Shown: positions 11,358 to 22,752, numbered from the stretch's first letter. The stretch: 64,000 bases of DNA from an uncultured Phycisphaerales bacterium (GCA_963844715.1 CAWJPJ010000006.1:384001-448000); one strand, 5' to 3'. Notes: generated by a model not told the origin, from the letters alone. Program-made: numbers and translations.

Positions 11358-13116
11358 ATGCGCGTTTTCCGGCGTCGTTTGGCCTTCCTATCGCTCGCTG
11401 CAACACCCGCCCTGCTACCGCTTATTCTTATTCTGCATTATGGAGTCAACTTTCATTTTTTGGATGAATGGTCGCCCGATATCGCCGGGATCTTCGTAAA
11501 GGCACATCTTCATCAACTCACTCTTCAGGATATTCTTGCCCAGCATAACGAACATCGCCTGGCGATCCCGCGGCTGATTCTCCTGGCGATTAATCCCATT
11601 ACGCACTGGAATAATGTGGCCAATGCCGTAGTTGCGTGGATCATCGTTTGTCGCCACGTCACTTCTGCTTTGGATGATCGTCCGTGCGACACAACCGCCA
11701 GGTCGGCGCATTTTCCTGTGGTTTCTCTGCAACTTATTACTCTTCACACCCGCCCAAAGCGAAAACTGGCTTTGGGGAATGGGTTTGGCAAACTTCACCC
11801 CGACCATCCTGGTGTTGGCCACTCTTGTCGTTGCGCTGAGTGCGATGCCAGTCTGGAGTCGGCTAATGATTTGCATTTTGCTGGCCTCCGCAGCGACGGT
11901 TTCCAGCGGCAACGGCGTGCTCGCATGGCCGCTGGCCTGCCCGCTCCTCGTATGGAGTGAGGTGCAAAATAAAGCGGCGCGGGGAAGATGGATTTTTACG
12001 ATCTGGCTTATCGCTTGCGCAACTGACCTTCTGCTTTATAGGTGGGGCTATGTTGAACCGAAGCATAGCGGAAGCCCTTATCCGAGAAGTCCCACGGCTA
12101 TTTTGGTCTATACGCTCGCATTCCTTGGCAATCCCTTTGCCCGGTGGGAACATTGGGATCTCCGGATCGCCAGCATTGTGATTGGCAGTTTAATGCTGCT
12201 GCTCCTTCTGGCGGCTGGGGTGTACGTGGCCCGCGCGTGGAAAACCAGTCGGCGTGAACTCGTCAGCCGATCACTACCCTGGTTAATGGTTGCTGGATAT
12301 GGAGTCTTCAGCGGTTTGCTCGCGTCGCTCTACCGCGGTCAATTTGGTCCACTTCAAGCCTTAAGTTCCCGTTACGTCAGCTATTCGATATTTCTTCCGA
12401 TCGCGCTAGTCAATTTAGTCCCCCTCATCTGCGGTGATATTTTTGCCAAACCAAAGGACTTTCGCGGCGTTTGGAAGTATTTGCCGCCCTCTTTGGCATC
12501 CGCCTTAATTGTGCTCCAGGTTTGCTCGCTCCCGGCAGCAATTCAAGACTGCCAGTATAGGCGTATTTGGTTTCGCCTGGGCAAGGGCGCACTGTTACTC
12601 CTAAATTTTGTCCCGGATAACCCGGAAATACCGCATATCGGAGTTCCAATGCCAGACCGATTGGTCGAAACAGCAAATGCATTAAATGAAATGGGATACT
12701 TACGCCCGCCGCTGATCGCATCGAACAATGCGCAGGAGATTCTGCGGCCAAGTGCCGGCGATGACAGAACCATCGGAGCGTTGGACGGGTTCCGAAGGAT
12801 GCCTTCCGGTCAGTGGCACGCTCGCGGATGGGCCGCCAACCTTGCGACTGGACAACCAGCCGACAGTATATTTCTGACGTTTAGCGACGCGCATCAGCAG
12901 CCAATCATCTTCGCGGCGGCATTTTTGGATATTCGTCGTGACGACGTGGTGAAAACAATGAACGACCCTGTTTCCCCGTGGTGTGGCTGGGAAGCACAAT
13001 TGGATATGAGTCGGATTCCACCGAATATTGGGCCAACTCAAATCACCGCTTGGGTTTTGGATATCGATACGGATACAGCAAGTCCGCTGGCGGGGTATGT
13101 GATATTCCGACGGTAA
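11358..13116 (+). CDS. Polytopic membrane protein, probable GT-C-fold glycosyltransferase; frameshift near 11650
   Basis: DEW after the first TM, QHNEHR motif, many TM helices, SSRY motif, soluble C-terminal domain (ARGWA...RRDDV). Confidence 0.6.
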
Positions 13117-13138
13117 TGCGAACAGATCTGAGTTGCAG

Positions 13139-13182
13139 GGGAGCGCCCCTCCCTTGCCCTCCCCCGGACTACCGGGACGGAA
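13139..13182. repeat. Possible degenerate REP-like half-site between convergent genes
   Basis: CCCCTCCCTTGCCCTCCCCCGGACTACCGGGA resembles the arm of the repeat at 25432-25536. Confidence 0.35.
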
Positions 13183-13382
13183 AATCAAAACAGCGACGCG
13201 GGCTTGAACGTGTTACGACTATTTGGGGGTAGGAACCCTGGAGAAAAGGACGCCAAGTCCCTCTGCCATTGTGGGGTGAGCGAAGATCGTGTTTTGTAGA
13301 GTGGTGAAGGGGAGGCCGGCGATCATCGCCATCTGGATGACGGCGAGTCGTTGTATTCACATTGCGCTCCTTGTCACAGGTG

Positions 13383-14174
13383 TCACCTGCGACGCCGTGA
13401 CCAGCGACCCAGTTTCGCCAATTCAAGATTCACCACATCGACATCAAACTCATTGGGATCGAATGATCCGCCGCACCACTGCATCGAGGATTCGTGTTCC
13501 TCATGACTGGGATCGGCGATCGCTTGCAAAAACTCCTGGTAGCCCCACGGCCCGCCCACGTCCTCCGGCGGACACCGCCGCTGGCCCCCGAGGCAAGTCA
13601 CGGTGGCCTTGCGATCATCTGCGATCGGTTCCACGGATTGGACCGTGATTGTGTGCATCCAACCGTCGCCAAAATCGTACAGGTACGTGAACTTCGTTCG
13701 CGCCTTTTGAATCAGCATCCCCAACACGACGCCACTTTCTTCCACGCCTTGATCCGGTTCCTCGGGGTCTTCGGTGAACTCTTGCCCGGCGATGGTAAAG
13801 CTGTGCAGATGGGAATCCGTCCAGCCCATGACGACTTGCAGGCTGTCGTGCAGCCGATCCAACGTGATCGAAGCGGGCACCATCAACTGCCGCCAGATCT
13901 TCGGCTGGACATCGTCAAGCACGATGCGGAGTTTGAAGCAATAGCCTTGAATAAAATCGCGGTCCCGCTTGCCGCCGCGGTGGACCAGGTCGGCGGCCAT
14001 GGCTGTCGCCTGCGGAGCCAGTCCCATCAGTTCGAACATCTCTTTCATGGATGCCGCAATATGCTTGTCGCTCAGGTCCGGCCGCTGGGCGCGAATCTGT
14101 TCGAGGGACTTGCCGGCGTTCATTTGGGTAGCGATGTCCAACGCCAGTGCGCTAATCTTAATGCTCTTTGCCAT
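13383..14174 (-). CDS. Plasmid pRiA4b ORF-3 family protein with N-terminal extension (passenger of the LSR element)
   Basis: IWRQLMVPASITLDRLHDSLQVVMGWTDSHLHSF, YLYDFGDGWMH, CPPEDVGGPWGY, FDPNEFD. Confidence 0.9.
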   Translation of the reverse strand: MAKSIKISALALDIATQMNAGKSLEQIRAQRPDLSDKHIAASMKEMFELMGLAPQATAMAADLVHRGGKRDRDFIQGYCFKLRIVLDDVQPKIWRQLMVPASITLDRLHDSLQVVMGWTDSHLHSFTIAGQEFTEDPEEPDQGVEESGVVLGMLIQKARTKFTYLYDFGDGWMHTITVQSVEPIADDRKATVTCLGGQRRCPPEDVGGPWGYQEFLQAIADPSHEEHESSMQWCGGSFDPNEFDVDVVNLELAKLGRWSRRRR

Positions 14175-16310
14175 GCAATTCCTTGTCACCATTTTGACTA
14201 CCCCTGTTAACTTCATCCTGGCGTGCCGGACCAAGCACGGCAGTTCTCAACTGTGTCGTGTTCTTGAACCTCTCCGCCAGATATTTCAATTGTGATTCAT
14301 CGGCACGCACGATCAAACGGCGAATCGGCTCGTCGCTATACCGTGCCTGCAACTGACCTCTATGGACCCAACTGCGAACCGTTCTTTCGCTGGCGCCTAT
14401 GTGACGCGCCAGGTCGGCGGTAGTCCACTCGTGTTCGTTCAACGGCGGCGATGGACGATGTTCCGGGGCCGGGCGATATCGCGAAAGCCATTTGCGGACG
14501 GTGCTGGCGTTAAATGGCAAGCCGCGTGGCGAGCGGTGCCCGGCAGTGTTGAGCTTGTTGGCAATTCCTGCCGATTTCACGCCTTGCTGATGCAGCGCGA
14601 TGATCATTTCATCAATGACGCCGTAATTGGCAAGTTGTTCGTGCCGTAACACGGGCCGCCGCAGGCGCACATAGCTGCGATGGCCGCCAACCCAGTGAAT
14701 CCACGCCTCGACCCATTCGCTGTGGCCTTCAACCTGCACCACAACCCGTTCGATAATCAGGCGCAGAATCGCCTTGCGGTCCTCATCCCGGGTGGACGGC
14801 GCGTGCCAGAGCGTGGGCAAATCGGACGCCAAACGTTGAATCTCCTCCTGTTCCCCCTCGCTCAAGAGCCGTGGACATTCCCGACGCCATCGTTCATGTT
14901 CCTCCATCAATTGCCGCTGTTGGCGTAGCGCCGTCTCCCAATTCGTCTCCAGCGTCCGCGCCACCAAGCGATTCTCAGGCTCTACCGCTTCATACTGACG
15001 ATGCGCGCGATCCGCCTCGTAGGCGACGCGCTCCAGTCGCTGACGCCACAACGCTTGGTCTTTTTCGCGTTGATTCTTCAAATCAGCCGCAACCTGGAGG
15101 CTGACTTCCAGCGCCGCCGGTTCCATGGCCAGCAATATCTGCCGCACAACTTCCTGATCCAGTGCCGATGCCGAGAGGCTTTGGCATGAAGGATCGGCAT
15201 AAGCGGTCTTCTTTCCTTCACAGCTATAGACGCCCTGGCTGGCCTTGCCGTAGCGGGTGAGCATGCGGTATCCGCAGCGGCGACAAACCACCAGCCCCGT
15301 TAATCGCGCCCGTCCATGTCGAATGGCGCCGCGGGATTCAATCTTCGATCGATTTTCGCGCATCTGATGCTGATTGGCTTCATACTGGGCCCAACTGATA
15401 TAAGCGGGGAACCGGTCACGGATCAATACCCGCCACTGGTCCCTGGGCAATCGCCGCCACCAGCAGTGCCCGTCGGGCCGTCTCTGTCGCCCATAGCGTC
15501 CATAAGTATAAGCACCGGCGTACATCGGATTGCACAACATGGCGCGAATCGTCGATAGATTGGGACGCCGCCATTGCAAAGTGCCATGATCGGGTCCGCC
15601 CTCAAGGCGAATCCCTATTCGCACGTTCTCATTCCGCAGTTGCCGTAATGTGCCGGTGGCCGTGCCAACCCGTTCAAACGCATCGAATACCCGCATCGCA
15701 ATGGCGCGTACCTGCTCATCGGGATCCTGGACAATGCGGCCGGCGGCGTCGCGAACATAACCAATCGGCAACCGGCTGAACAATTCGCCACGCTGCGCCT
15801 TCTGTCTGGCGCCTTGGAGCATCCGCTGTTTGAGAATGTGCAGTTCGGCCTCGGACATTGTCCCTTTGAGGCCCAGGAGCAGTCGATCGTTGTAGGCGGA
15901 TGGATCATAAAGCCCATCAAGGTCATAGATCAGCGTGCCAAACAGCGCGCACAACTCCAGCAGTTGATACCAATCTTTGCATAATCGGGCGAGCCGGGAC
16001 ATCTCCACGCCCAAGATCAAACCCACACGCCCCAACGCCACCTCCGCTAATAAGCGCTGGAAGCCCGAGCGGCCTTCGGCTGACGCGCCGGACCTGCCCA
16101 AATCTTCGTCATAAACCTGAACCAGCGCGCAGACCATCCGAGGCTAATCGCGTGATCAACCAACCCGTATTGCAACTGCGTCGATTCCCGATGCCGCTGC
16201 ACCTGATGAATGCTGGATTGGCGCACATAAACCACTGCCAGGCGTTCACGATGTTGCGAAGTGCATTTATGCTGGCCCACCGGCAGCGCCTCAATCGTGG
16301 TGCTGTTCAT
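14158..16310 (-). CDS. Large serine recombinase (resolvase, recombinase, zinc-ribbon and coiled-coil domains, C-terminal HTH); indel near 16130
   Basis: VYVRQSS with catalytic Ser, DEDLGRSG, SRLAR, DRLLLGLKGTMSEAELH, NPMYAG, CRRCG zinc ribbon, WTTADLARHIGASERTVRSW HTH. Confidence 0.92.
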
Positions 16311-16487
16311 GAAGTGGTCTCCGAGTTAGATAGTTTTGCAGGATGCGGCTCATCACCGCTATAAGCTGTCGGCGCGGCCGATCCGGCAGGTGCTGCCACA
16401 GATCGTTGTGTGTTTGCGATCCGCTCAGCGGCCGCGGCGAGTCCCGCAGCTTTGGGAGCGGATCGGTCGTCGGAAAGGGTCAGACAT
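16291..16487 (-). CDS. Small ORF (~65 aa) upstream of the LSR, not in the ORF track; needs one extra C in a C-run near 16478
   Basis: GGAGG RBS, then ATG TCT GAC CC(C) TTT reads MSDPFPTTDPLPKLRDSPRPLSGSQTHNDLWQHLPDRPRRQLIAVMSRILQNYLTRRPLHEQHHD*, overlapping the LSR start. Confidence 0.6.
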
Positions 16488-16808
16488 GACGATCCTCCGT
16501 GATCGGATGAATGGAGCCGGCCCTTAATCCACTGGGCCAGCCGCAACAGTGCGTCGGCTCCAATTGTCGGTCGCCCGCCCGCCGAATTCAATGGTGTGAC
16601 AACAGCAGCATTCTGATCATAAGGGTGAGGACTTCGCCGGCTTCGGGGCCGATCATGGTGAAGCCTCGGATTTTCTGGCTGTTGGGGTCGATCAGGACTT
16701 TCATAAAGCCCTGGTTCTCGTCGATCGTAGCGGTTCGCAGGATCATGCTGGTCGGGACTTTGACTACCTGGACGGGTATCCCGCGGGTTTTGGCTTCGGT
16801 TTCGGTTA

Positions 16809-17834
16809 GAGCATTTCCCATTTTAAACTAGCGCCATCGATGCTGTTTTGCTAATCTCCGATTCAACAAGGAGGTTGCCATGGCATCGCAAACCGCTCTG
16901 ACCCGTCGATGGATCATGTCGGCGTATCGTGCCGGCAAAGGCACGAAGGAGATTTCCGCGATCTTCGGCCGATGCGAGTCGGCCGTCCGCCGCGTGCGAC
17001 AGGATGAACGTGAACGGGGGACGGCCGAACCGCTGCTTCATCTTCGTGGCCGCAAGGGGAAGTTGACCGGCGAGTTGAAGACTCGTTTGAGTCGGTTCGT
17101 GGCCGCCCGGCCGGATGCCACGCTCAACGAGATCAAAGAGAAGTTGGCGCTGGACGTGTCGCTGTCGACGGTCGACCGTTGGCTCAGGAAGCTGGGCCTC
17201 TCCTTTAAAAAAAGTCTCTCCACGCGTCCGAGCAGGATCGGCCCGACGTCGCCGCCGCGCGGACGCAGTGGCGTCGGCGGCTGAAGGACGTCGATCCCGA
17301 GCGTCTTGTTTTTGTGGATGAATCCGGGGCCAAGACGAACTTCACCCGATTGCGTGGCCGGTGCGGCCGCGGCGAACGGTTGTTGTGCAAGACCCCGGCC
17401 GGACACTGGAGCACGACCACCATGATCGCCGCGGTTCGGCTCGACGGCGCGACCGCCGGCGCGATTGTTCAAGGGGCGATGGACAGCGATGTTTTTGTCG
17501 CCTGGGTGCGTGAAGCGCTCGTGCCCAGCCTGCGAAGCGGGGACATCGTGGTGATGGACAATTTGCAGCCGCACAAACATTCAGAAGTGCGACGCCTGAT
17601 CGAAGCCGCCGGCTGCGAACTGTGGTTGCTGCCACCCTACTCGCCGGATTTGAATCCGATCGAGATGATGTGGAGCAAAGCGAAGCAACTGATCCGCTCG
17701 GCGGAGCCCAGAACGTTCGACACCTTGGTCCGGGCTGTGTTCGCGGCAATGGACGCCGTTACGACCGAAGATGCCGCGGGATTTTTCCGCCATTGCGGTT
17801 ACCGCCAGCCGCTAGTTTAATTTGGGAAATGCTC
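16809..17834 (+). mobile_element. IS630-family insertion sequence (1026 bp) with TA target duplication
   Basis: 25-bp TIRs GAGCATTTCCCATTTTAAACTAGCG (16809-16833) and CGCTAGTTTAATTTGGGAAATGCTC (17810-17834), 23/25 match; TA at 16807-16808 and 17835-17836. Confidence 0.95.
16880..17820 (+). CDS. IS630 transposase, expressed by -1 frameshift
   Basis: HTH orfA ending LGLSFKK at the TTTAAAAAAAG slippery site (17204-17214); orfB has FVDESG, VMDNLQPH, LPPYSPDLNPIE. Confidence 0.93.
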
Positions 17835-19127
17835 TAATCCGATTTGTGCGACCTGCGGATCGGTGAAAAGAACGGACGGGATGAGGCGGTCGCGCGTTGA
17901 ATGGGATTTGCCGGCGAGGTTGTCGCGGACGACGCGGAAATCATCATACGATACATGCGTGAATTGGGGGCTGCCGGCGCACTCGCCCATGGCCCAGATG
18001 TCGGCGGCGGTGGTTTCGAGACGGTCGTCGACTTTGATAAAGCCGCGTTCGTCGAGTTCGACGCCGGCGAATCCGAGGCCGATTCCGGCGGTGTTGGGGA
18101 CACGGCCAACGGCGGCAAGGATGTCGGTGGCGCGGAGGGTTTGGTTGCCGCTGCGGGTACGCACGTCCAAAGTCACGTTGACGCCAGAGCGGCCTTGCAC
18201 GCTGACCACGTCTGTTGAGAGAAGAATTTCGATGCCGTCGGCGGACAAGATGCGCTGGATTTCGGCGGCGACGTCGGGGTCTTGGTTGGGGAGAAGCTGC
18301 TGGCCGTGCTGAATAATCGTCACGCGGCTGCCGAAACGCTGGTAAGCCTGGGCAAATTCTAGGCCGACGTAACCGCCGCCGAGAACAACGAGATGCTCGG
18401 GGAGGCGATCGAGTTCGAGGATGTCGATGTGGGTCATGGGGCGGCTGTCCGCCAGGCCCGGAGTTGGGGGGATCAGGGCGTGCGTGCCGAGGTTCAGGAA
18501 GACGCGCTCGCCTTTAAGGATGCGGGTTCCGCCATCGTTCAGTTTTACTTCGACGGTTTTGGGTTCGATGAACGTGGCTTCGCCGAGGATAAGATCGGTG
18601 CCGGCGGCCTTATAAAGGTCGAGGTGCGCCGCGATCTCGGACTCGACCATTTTGCGCTTTCTCTGACGAACGGCGGCCATGTCGATTGACGTTGGACCGG
18701 TACGGGACCCAAAATGAGCCGCGTGATGAACCAGATCGGCGACTTTGTGCGCTCCAGATAACGTTCTTGCTGGGAAGGCAATTGATATTCGGGCACGATC
18801 CGCCGATCCATCGCCGTTCGACGACGACGTTCTGCTCCTTGGTTTTGCCAAAATGCCAGGCCAGGCACTTGCCGGCCTCGCCGCTTCCGATGATGAGATT
18901 TTTGACGGTCTCCGTGCCCATGTTCAGGTTCCTTCCGATGACTCCAGTTGGTGAAAATGTTAGGCAGGCGAAACGGTATTGTAAGCGGTGAAAATTGCAA
19001 TAAATTTCAGTTCCGGCGAATTTTTTCCCTTGGCTAAAGCTTTGGGCGTGGGTTAGCTTGGCAGCGGCTGAAATCGCGCTTCTGGAAGTTATCCACAACT
19101 TGATCCGACTCGGCGAGGAGCGTTTCC

Positions 19128-20854
19128 ATGTCGCAAAAACGCATCGCGGACGTTTTGGTTGATACGCTGATCGCCGCGGGGGTGAAGAGAGTTTACGGCG
19201 TCGTTGGGGATTCGCTGAATGCAATTCTTGAAGCGATCGGGAAACGCAAGGAAATCGAATGGATTCACGTTCGGCACGAGGAAGCCGGCGCGTTTGCCGC
19301 AGGGCGCAAGCACATCTGACGGGGGAACTGGCGGTTTGCGCGGGGAGCTGCGGGCCGGGGAACGTGCATCTGGTGAATGGGTTGTTCGATTGCCACCGGA
19401 GCCGGGTCCCGGTTTTGGCTATCGCGGCGCAAATCCCCAGCAACGAGATCGGGAGTGCGTATTTTCAGGAAACGCATCCGGATCAGTTCTTTAAGGATTG
19501 CAGTCATTACGCCGAACTGGTTTCGCAGGCGTCGCAGATGCCGCGGGTTTTGGAAATCGCGATTCAGACGGCGCTGACGATGCAGGGGGTTTCCGTGGTG
19601 GTCATTCCCGGAGATGTGGCGACCCGGGAGATACCGGAGCGCAAGCCGAGCGCGAGCGTGCGGCGGGCGACGCCAGTGATCAGACCATCGGACAAGGAAA
19701 TCGACGACTTTGCGAAGGTCTTGAATCAGGCCAAGACCGTGACGATTCTCGCCGGGGCGGGGTGCGCGGGAGCGCATGCGGAACTGATGCAGTTTGCGGG
19801 GAAACTGAAGTCGCCGATCGTGACGACGCTGCGCGGGCGGGAGCATGTGGAATATGACAGCCCCTACGATGTGGGAATGACGGGGTTGATCGGATTTGCA
19901 TCCGGGTATCACGCCATCATGCAGTGCGAGACGCTGGTAATGCTGGGGACGGATTTCCCATACACGCAGTTTTATCCGGAGAAGGCGAAAGTGGTTCAGG
20001 TAGACGTGCGCGGGGAAAACCTCGGCCGGCGCACCCGGCTGGATCTCGGATTGATCGGGGACGTGAAGGAGACAATTAAAGCCGTCCTCGGCAAGATCAC
20101 GCCCAAAACTGACGATGCCCATCTCGTCAGATTCTTAAATCATTACAAAGATGTTCGGAAAGGTTTGGACGAACTGGCGGTGGGAAAGCCGGGGAAGAAG
20201 CCGATGCATCCGCAGTTTGTGGCGCGGGTGATCGACGAGACGGCTTCGGATGATGCGATTTTTACGTGCGACGTCGGCACGCCGACGATCTGGGCCGCGC
20301 GGTATCTGAAGATGAACGGGAAACGGCGGCTGATGGGGTCGTTCAATCATGGATCAATGGCAAATGCCATGCCTCAGGCGATTGGCGCGCAATTGGAATT
20401 CCCCGGCAGGCAGGTGGTGACGTTCTCGGGTGACGGCGGGATCGCGATGCTTTTGGGGGATCTGCTTTCGATGCGGCAGCTCAAGATCCCTGTAAAGATG
20501 GTGGTCTTCAACAACGGGGCGCTGAGTTTCGTGGAACTGGAGATGAAAGCCGCGGGATTTTTGGAGAACGGAACGGATCTGGTCAATCCGAATTTCGCGG
20601 ACTTGGCCAAGAGCGTGGGCATCCGCGGGTTCCGGGTCGAAGACCCGGCGGATTTGAAGGGGGCGATCAGCGAGGCGTTTGAGCACGATGGACCAGCGCT
20701 GGTGGATGCCGTGGTCAATCGCATGGAGCTTTCCATGCCCCCCACCATTACGCTGGACCAAGCCAAGGGATTTAGTTTGTGGGCGATCAAGGCGGTGCTG
20801 AGCGGTCGGGCGAGTGAACTGGTGGATTTGGCGGCGACCAACCTATTGCGCTAA
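19128..20854 (+). CDS. poxB: Ubiquinone-dependent pyruvate dehydrogenase (pyruvate oxidase); frameshift near 19305
   Basis: [60 protein letters not shown] motif. Confidence 0.93.
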
Positions 20855-20883
20855 TCGATGGTTTCCTTAACGGAGACACAGCC

Positions 20884-22390
20884 GTGAGCCCTTCCGATCC
20901 CAAAACGGCTTCGCAATTCGATGTGGTTCTCGTCGGTGCGGGGATTATGAGCGCGACGCTGGCCGTGTTCCTAAAAGAACTTCAGCCGGACTTGAAGATC
21001 GCGATTTTTGAGAAGCTGGACGGAGCGGCGGAGGAGAGTTCAAACGCCTGGAATAACGCGGGGACGGGGCACGCGGCGCTGTGCGAATTGAACTACACGC
21101 CGGAGGACGCCAATGGGACGATCGATATTTCAAAGGCGCTGGGCGTGAACACGGAGTTCGATCTGTCCCGGCAATTTTGGGCTTATCTGGCGAAAAAGGG
21201 ATCGATCAAAGACCCGCAAGCGTTCATTCATTCCGTGCCCCACTGTTCCTTTGTGCGCAGGACCGGAAAATGCGGCGTTTCTCAAAAAACGATTCGACGC
21301 CCTGACGGCGCATCACTGCTATCGAGGGATGGAGTTCGCGGATGACAAAAAGGTGATGGCGGATTGGTTCCCCCTGGTCATGGAAGGGCGCGACCCGGCC
21401 GAAAAACTGGCGGCGACACGCATGCGCACAGGGACGGACGTGGATTACGGGGCGCTGACGAATATTCTGCTGGGGTCTCTAAGCGGCAAGGAGGGTTGCA
21501 CGATCGAGTATTTTGCCCGCGTGCAGGACCCCCGGCGGGACGGAAACCTCTGGTGCGTTCGCGTGCGCAACGAACAGACCGGCCTGCATCGAGACGTGCG
21601 GGCGAAATGCATCTTCATCGGGGCCGGCGGCGGATCGCTGCCGCTGCTGCAAAAGTCAGGCATACCCGAATCGCGCGGCTACGCGGGTTTCCCTGTCAGC
21701 GGAATCTGGTTGCGGTGCGACAACCCGGAGATCGCATCGCGGCACCACGCGAAGGTATATGGCAAGGCGTCGGTAGGCTCGCCGCCGATGTCCGTGCCGC
21801 ATCTGGATACGCGGCATATTGAGGGAAAGCTCTCGCTATTGTTTGGGCCGTACGCGGGGTTTTCAACCAAGTTCCTCAAACACGAATCGTATCTCGACCT
21901 CTTTGGGTCGATCGATCCGGAGAATTTGCTGCCGATGCTGGCCGTTGGTCGAGATAACGTGGCGCTGACGGAATACCTGATCGGTCAGGTGCTGGAGACC
22001 GAGAACCAGCGCCTGGCTGCCCTGCGGCAATATTTTCCCAACGCGCAGAAAAGCGACTGGCGCGAGGAAGTGGCCGGGCAGCGGGTGCAGATCATTAAGA
22101 AAGACCCGGTGCACGGCGGAATCCTGCAATTCGGCACGGAACTGGTCTTCGCGGCCGATCGATCGATCGTCGCCATGCTGGGAGCTTCGCCGGGGGCTTC
22201 GACGGCGGTGTGGATCATGGTCAAGGTCCTCGAGCAGTGCTTTGCCAAGCAACTCAAGGATAGCTGGATGGGGAAGATGAAAGAGATCATCCCGTCGTAC
22301 GGGCATTCCCTCATCGACGAGGCGGATTTGTGCCGGAAAGTTCGAGCCGATACGGCGGCGGTTTTAAATCTGGAGAACGTGAACGCATGA
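20884..22390 (+). CDS. mqo: Malate:quinone oxidoreductase; frameshift near 21260
   Basis: [61 protein letters not shown]. Confidence 0.93.
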
Positions 22391-22752
22391 TCAGAGCTTA
22401 TCGACTGGTTACCGGCGAGGATGGCCATTCCCACGTGACGCGCGGGAGCGTCATGGACAACGAAACGCTGCCGGCGGCCTCGATTTTGTTTGAAGAAACG
22501 CCGCCGCATTCATCCCTGGATTGGCACAACGCGCCGACGACGCAATATGTGATCACGCTGACGGGAGTTCTGGAATTCACAACGCGCGGCGGCGAGAAAT
22601 TTGTCGTCAATCCGGGAGAAATACTCGTGGCACTGGATACGATGGGGAGCGGCCATAAGTGGCGGCTGATTAACGATCAACCTTGGACGCGGTTGTATGT
22701 GGCGATCAAGGATGGAATGAAGGTTAATTTTCGGGCGGATGACGGGAAATAG
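22387..22752 (+). CDS. Cupin-domain protein
   Basis: [36 protein letters not shown] overlap with the mqo stop. Confidence 0.8.
   Translation: MIRAYRLVTGEDGHSHVTRGSVMDNETLPAASILFEETPPHSSLDWHNAPTTQYVITLTGVLEFTTRGGEKFVVNPGEILVALDTMGSGHKWRLINDQPWTRLYVAIKDGMKVNFRADDGK

Larger units (their letters stand above)
13348..16629 (-). mobile_element. Compact large-serine-recombinase integrative element (3282 bp) inserted in the reductase gene
   Basis: GAG core repeated at 13345-13347 and 16627-16629; imperfect inverted arms with TTGTCACA (13371-13378) and TGTGACAA (16595-16602); the host ORF is restored on excision. Confidence 0.9.
13219..18921 (-). pseudogene. Flavoprotein disulfide reductase (RclA/YkgC/dihydrolipoamide dehydrogenase-like), split into three pieces: 17835-18921, 16627-16808 and 13219-13347
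   Basis: IIGSGEAG, GGSCPNINCLPSK (CXXXXC), GGGYVGLE. Removing both insertions restores AQIG-LTETEAK...AGEV-LAVIQMAMIAGLPFTTLQNTIFAHPTMAEGLGVLFSRVPTPK*. One further indel near 18750. Confidence 0.9.

Noticed and set aside
13348..16629. Prophage or ICE
   Set aside because: No structural, replication, relaxase or T4SS genes lie between the att sites.
13219..18921. Mercuric reductase (merA) call
   Set aside because: The reconstructed C-terminus has no vicinal Cys pair and no mer genes are nearby.
19089..19097. Perfect DnaA box TTATCCACA
   Set aside because: Single copy, with no box cluster, unwinding element or replication genes; not an origin.
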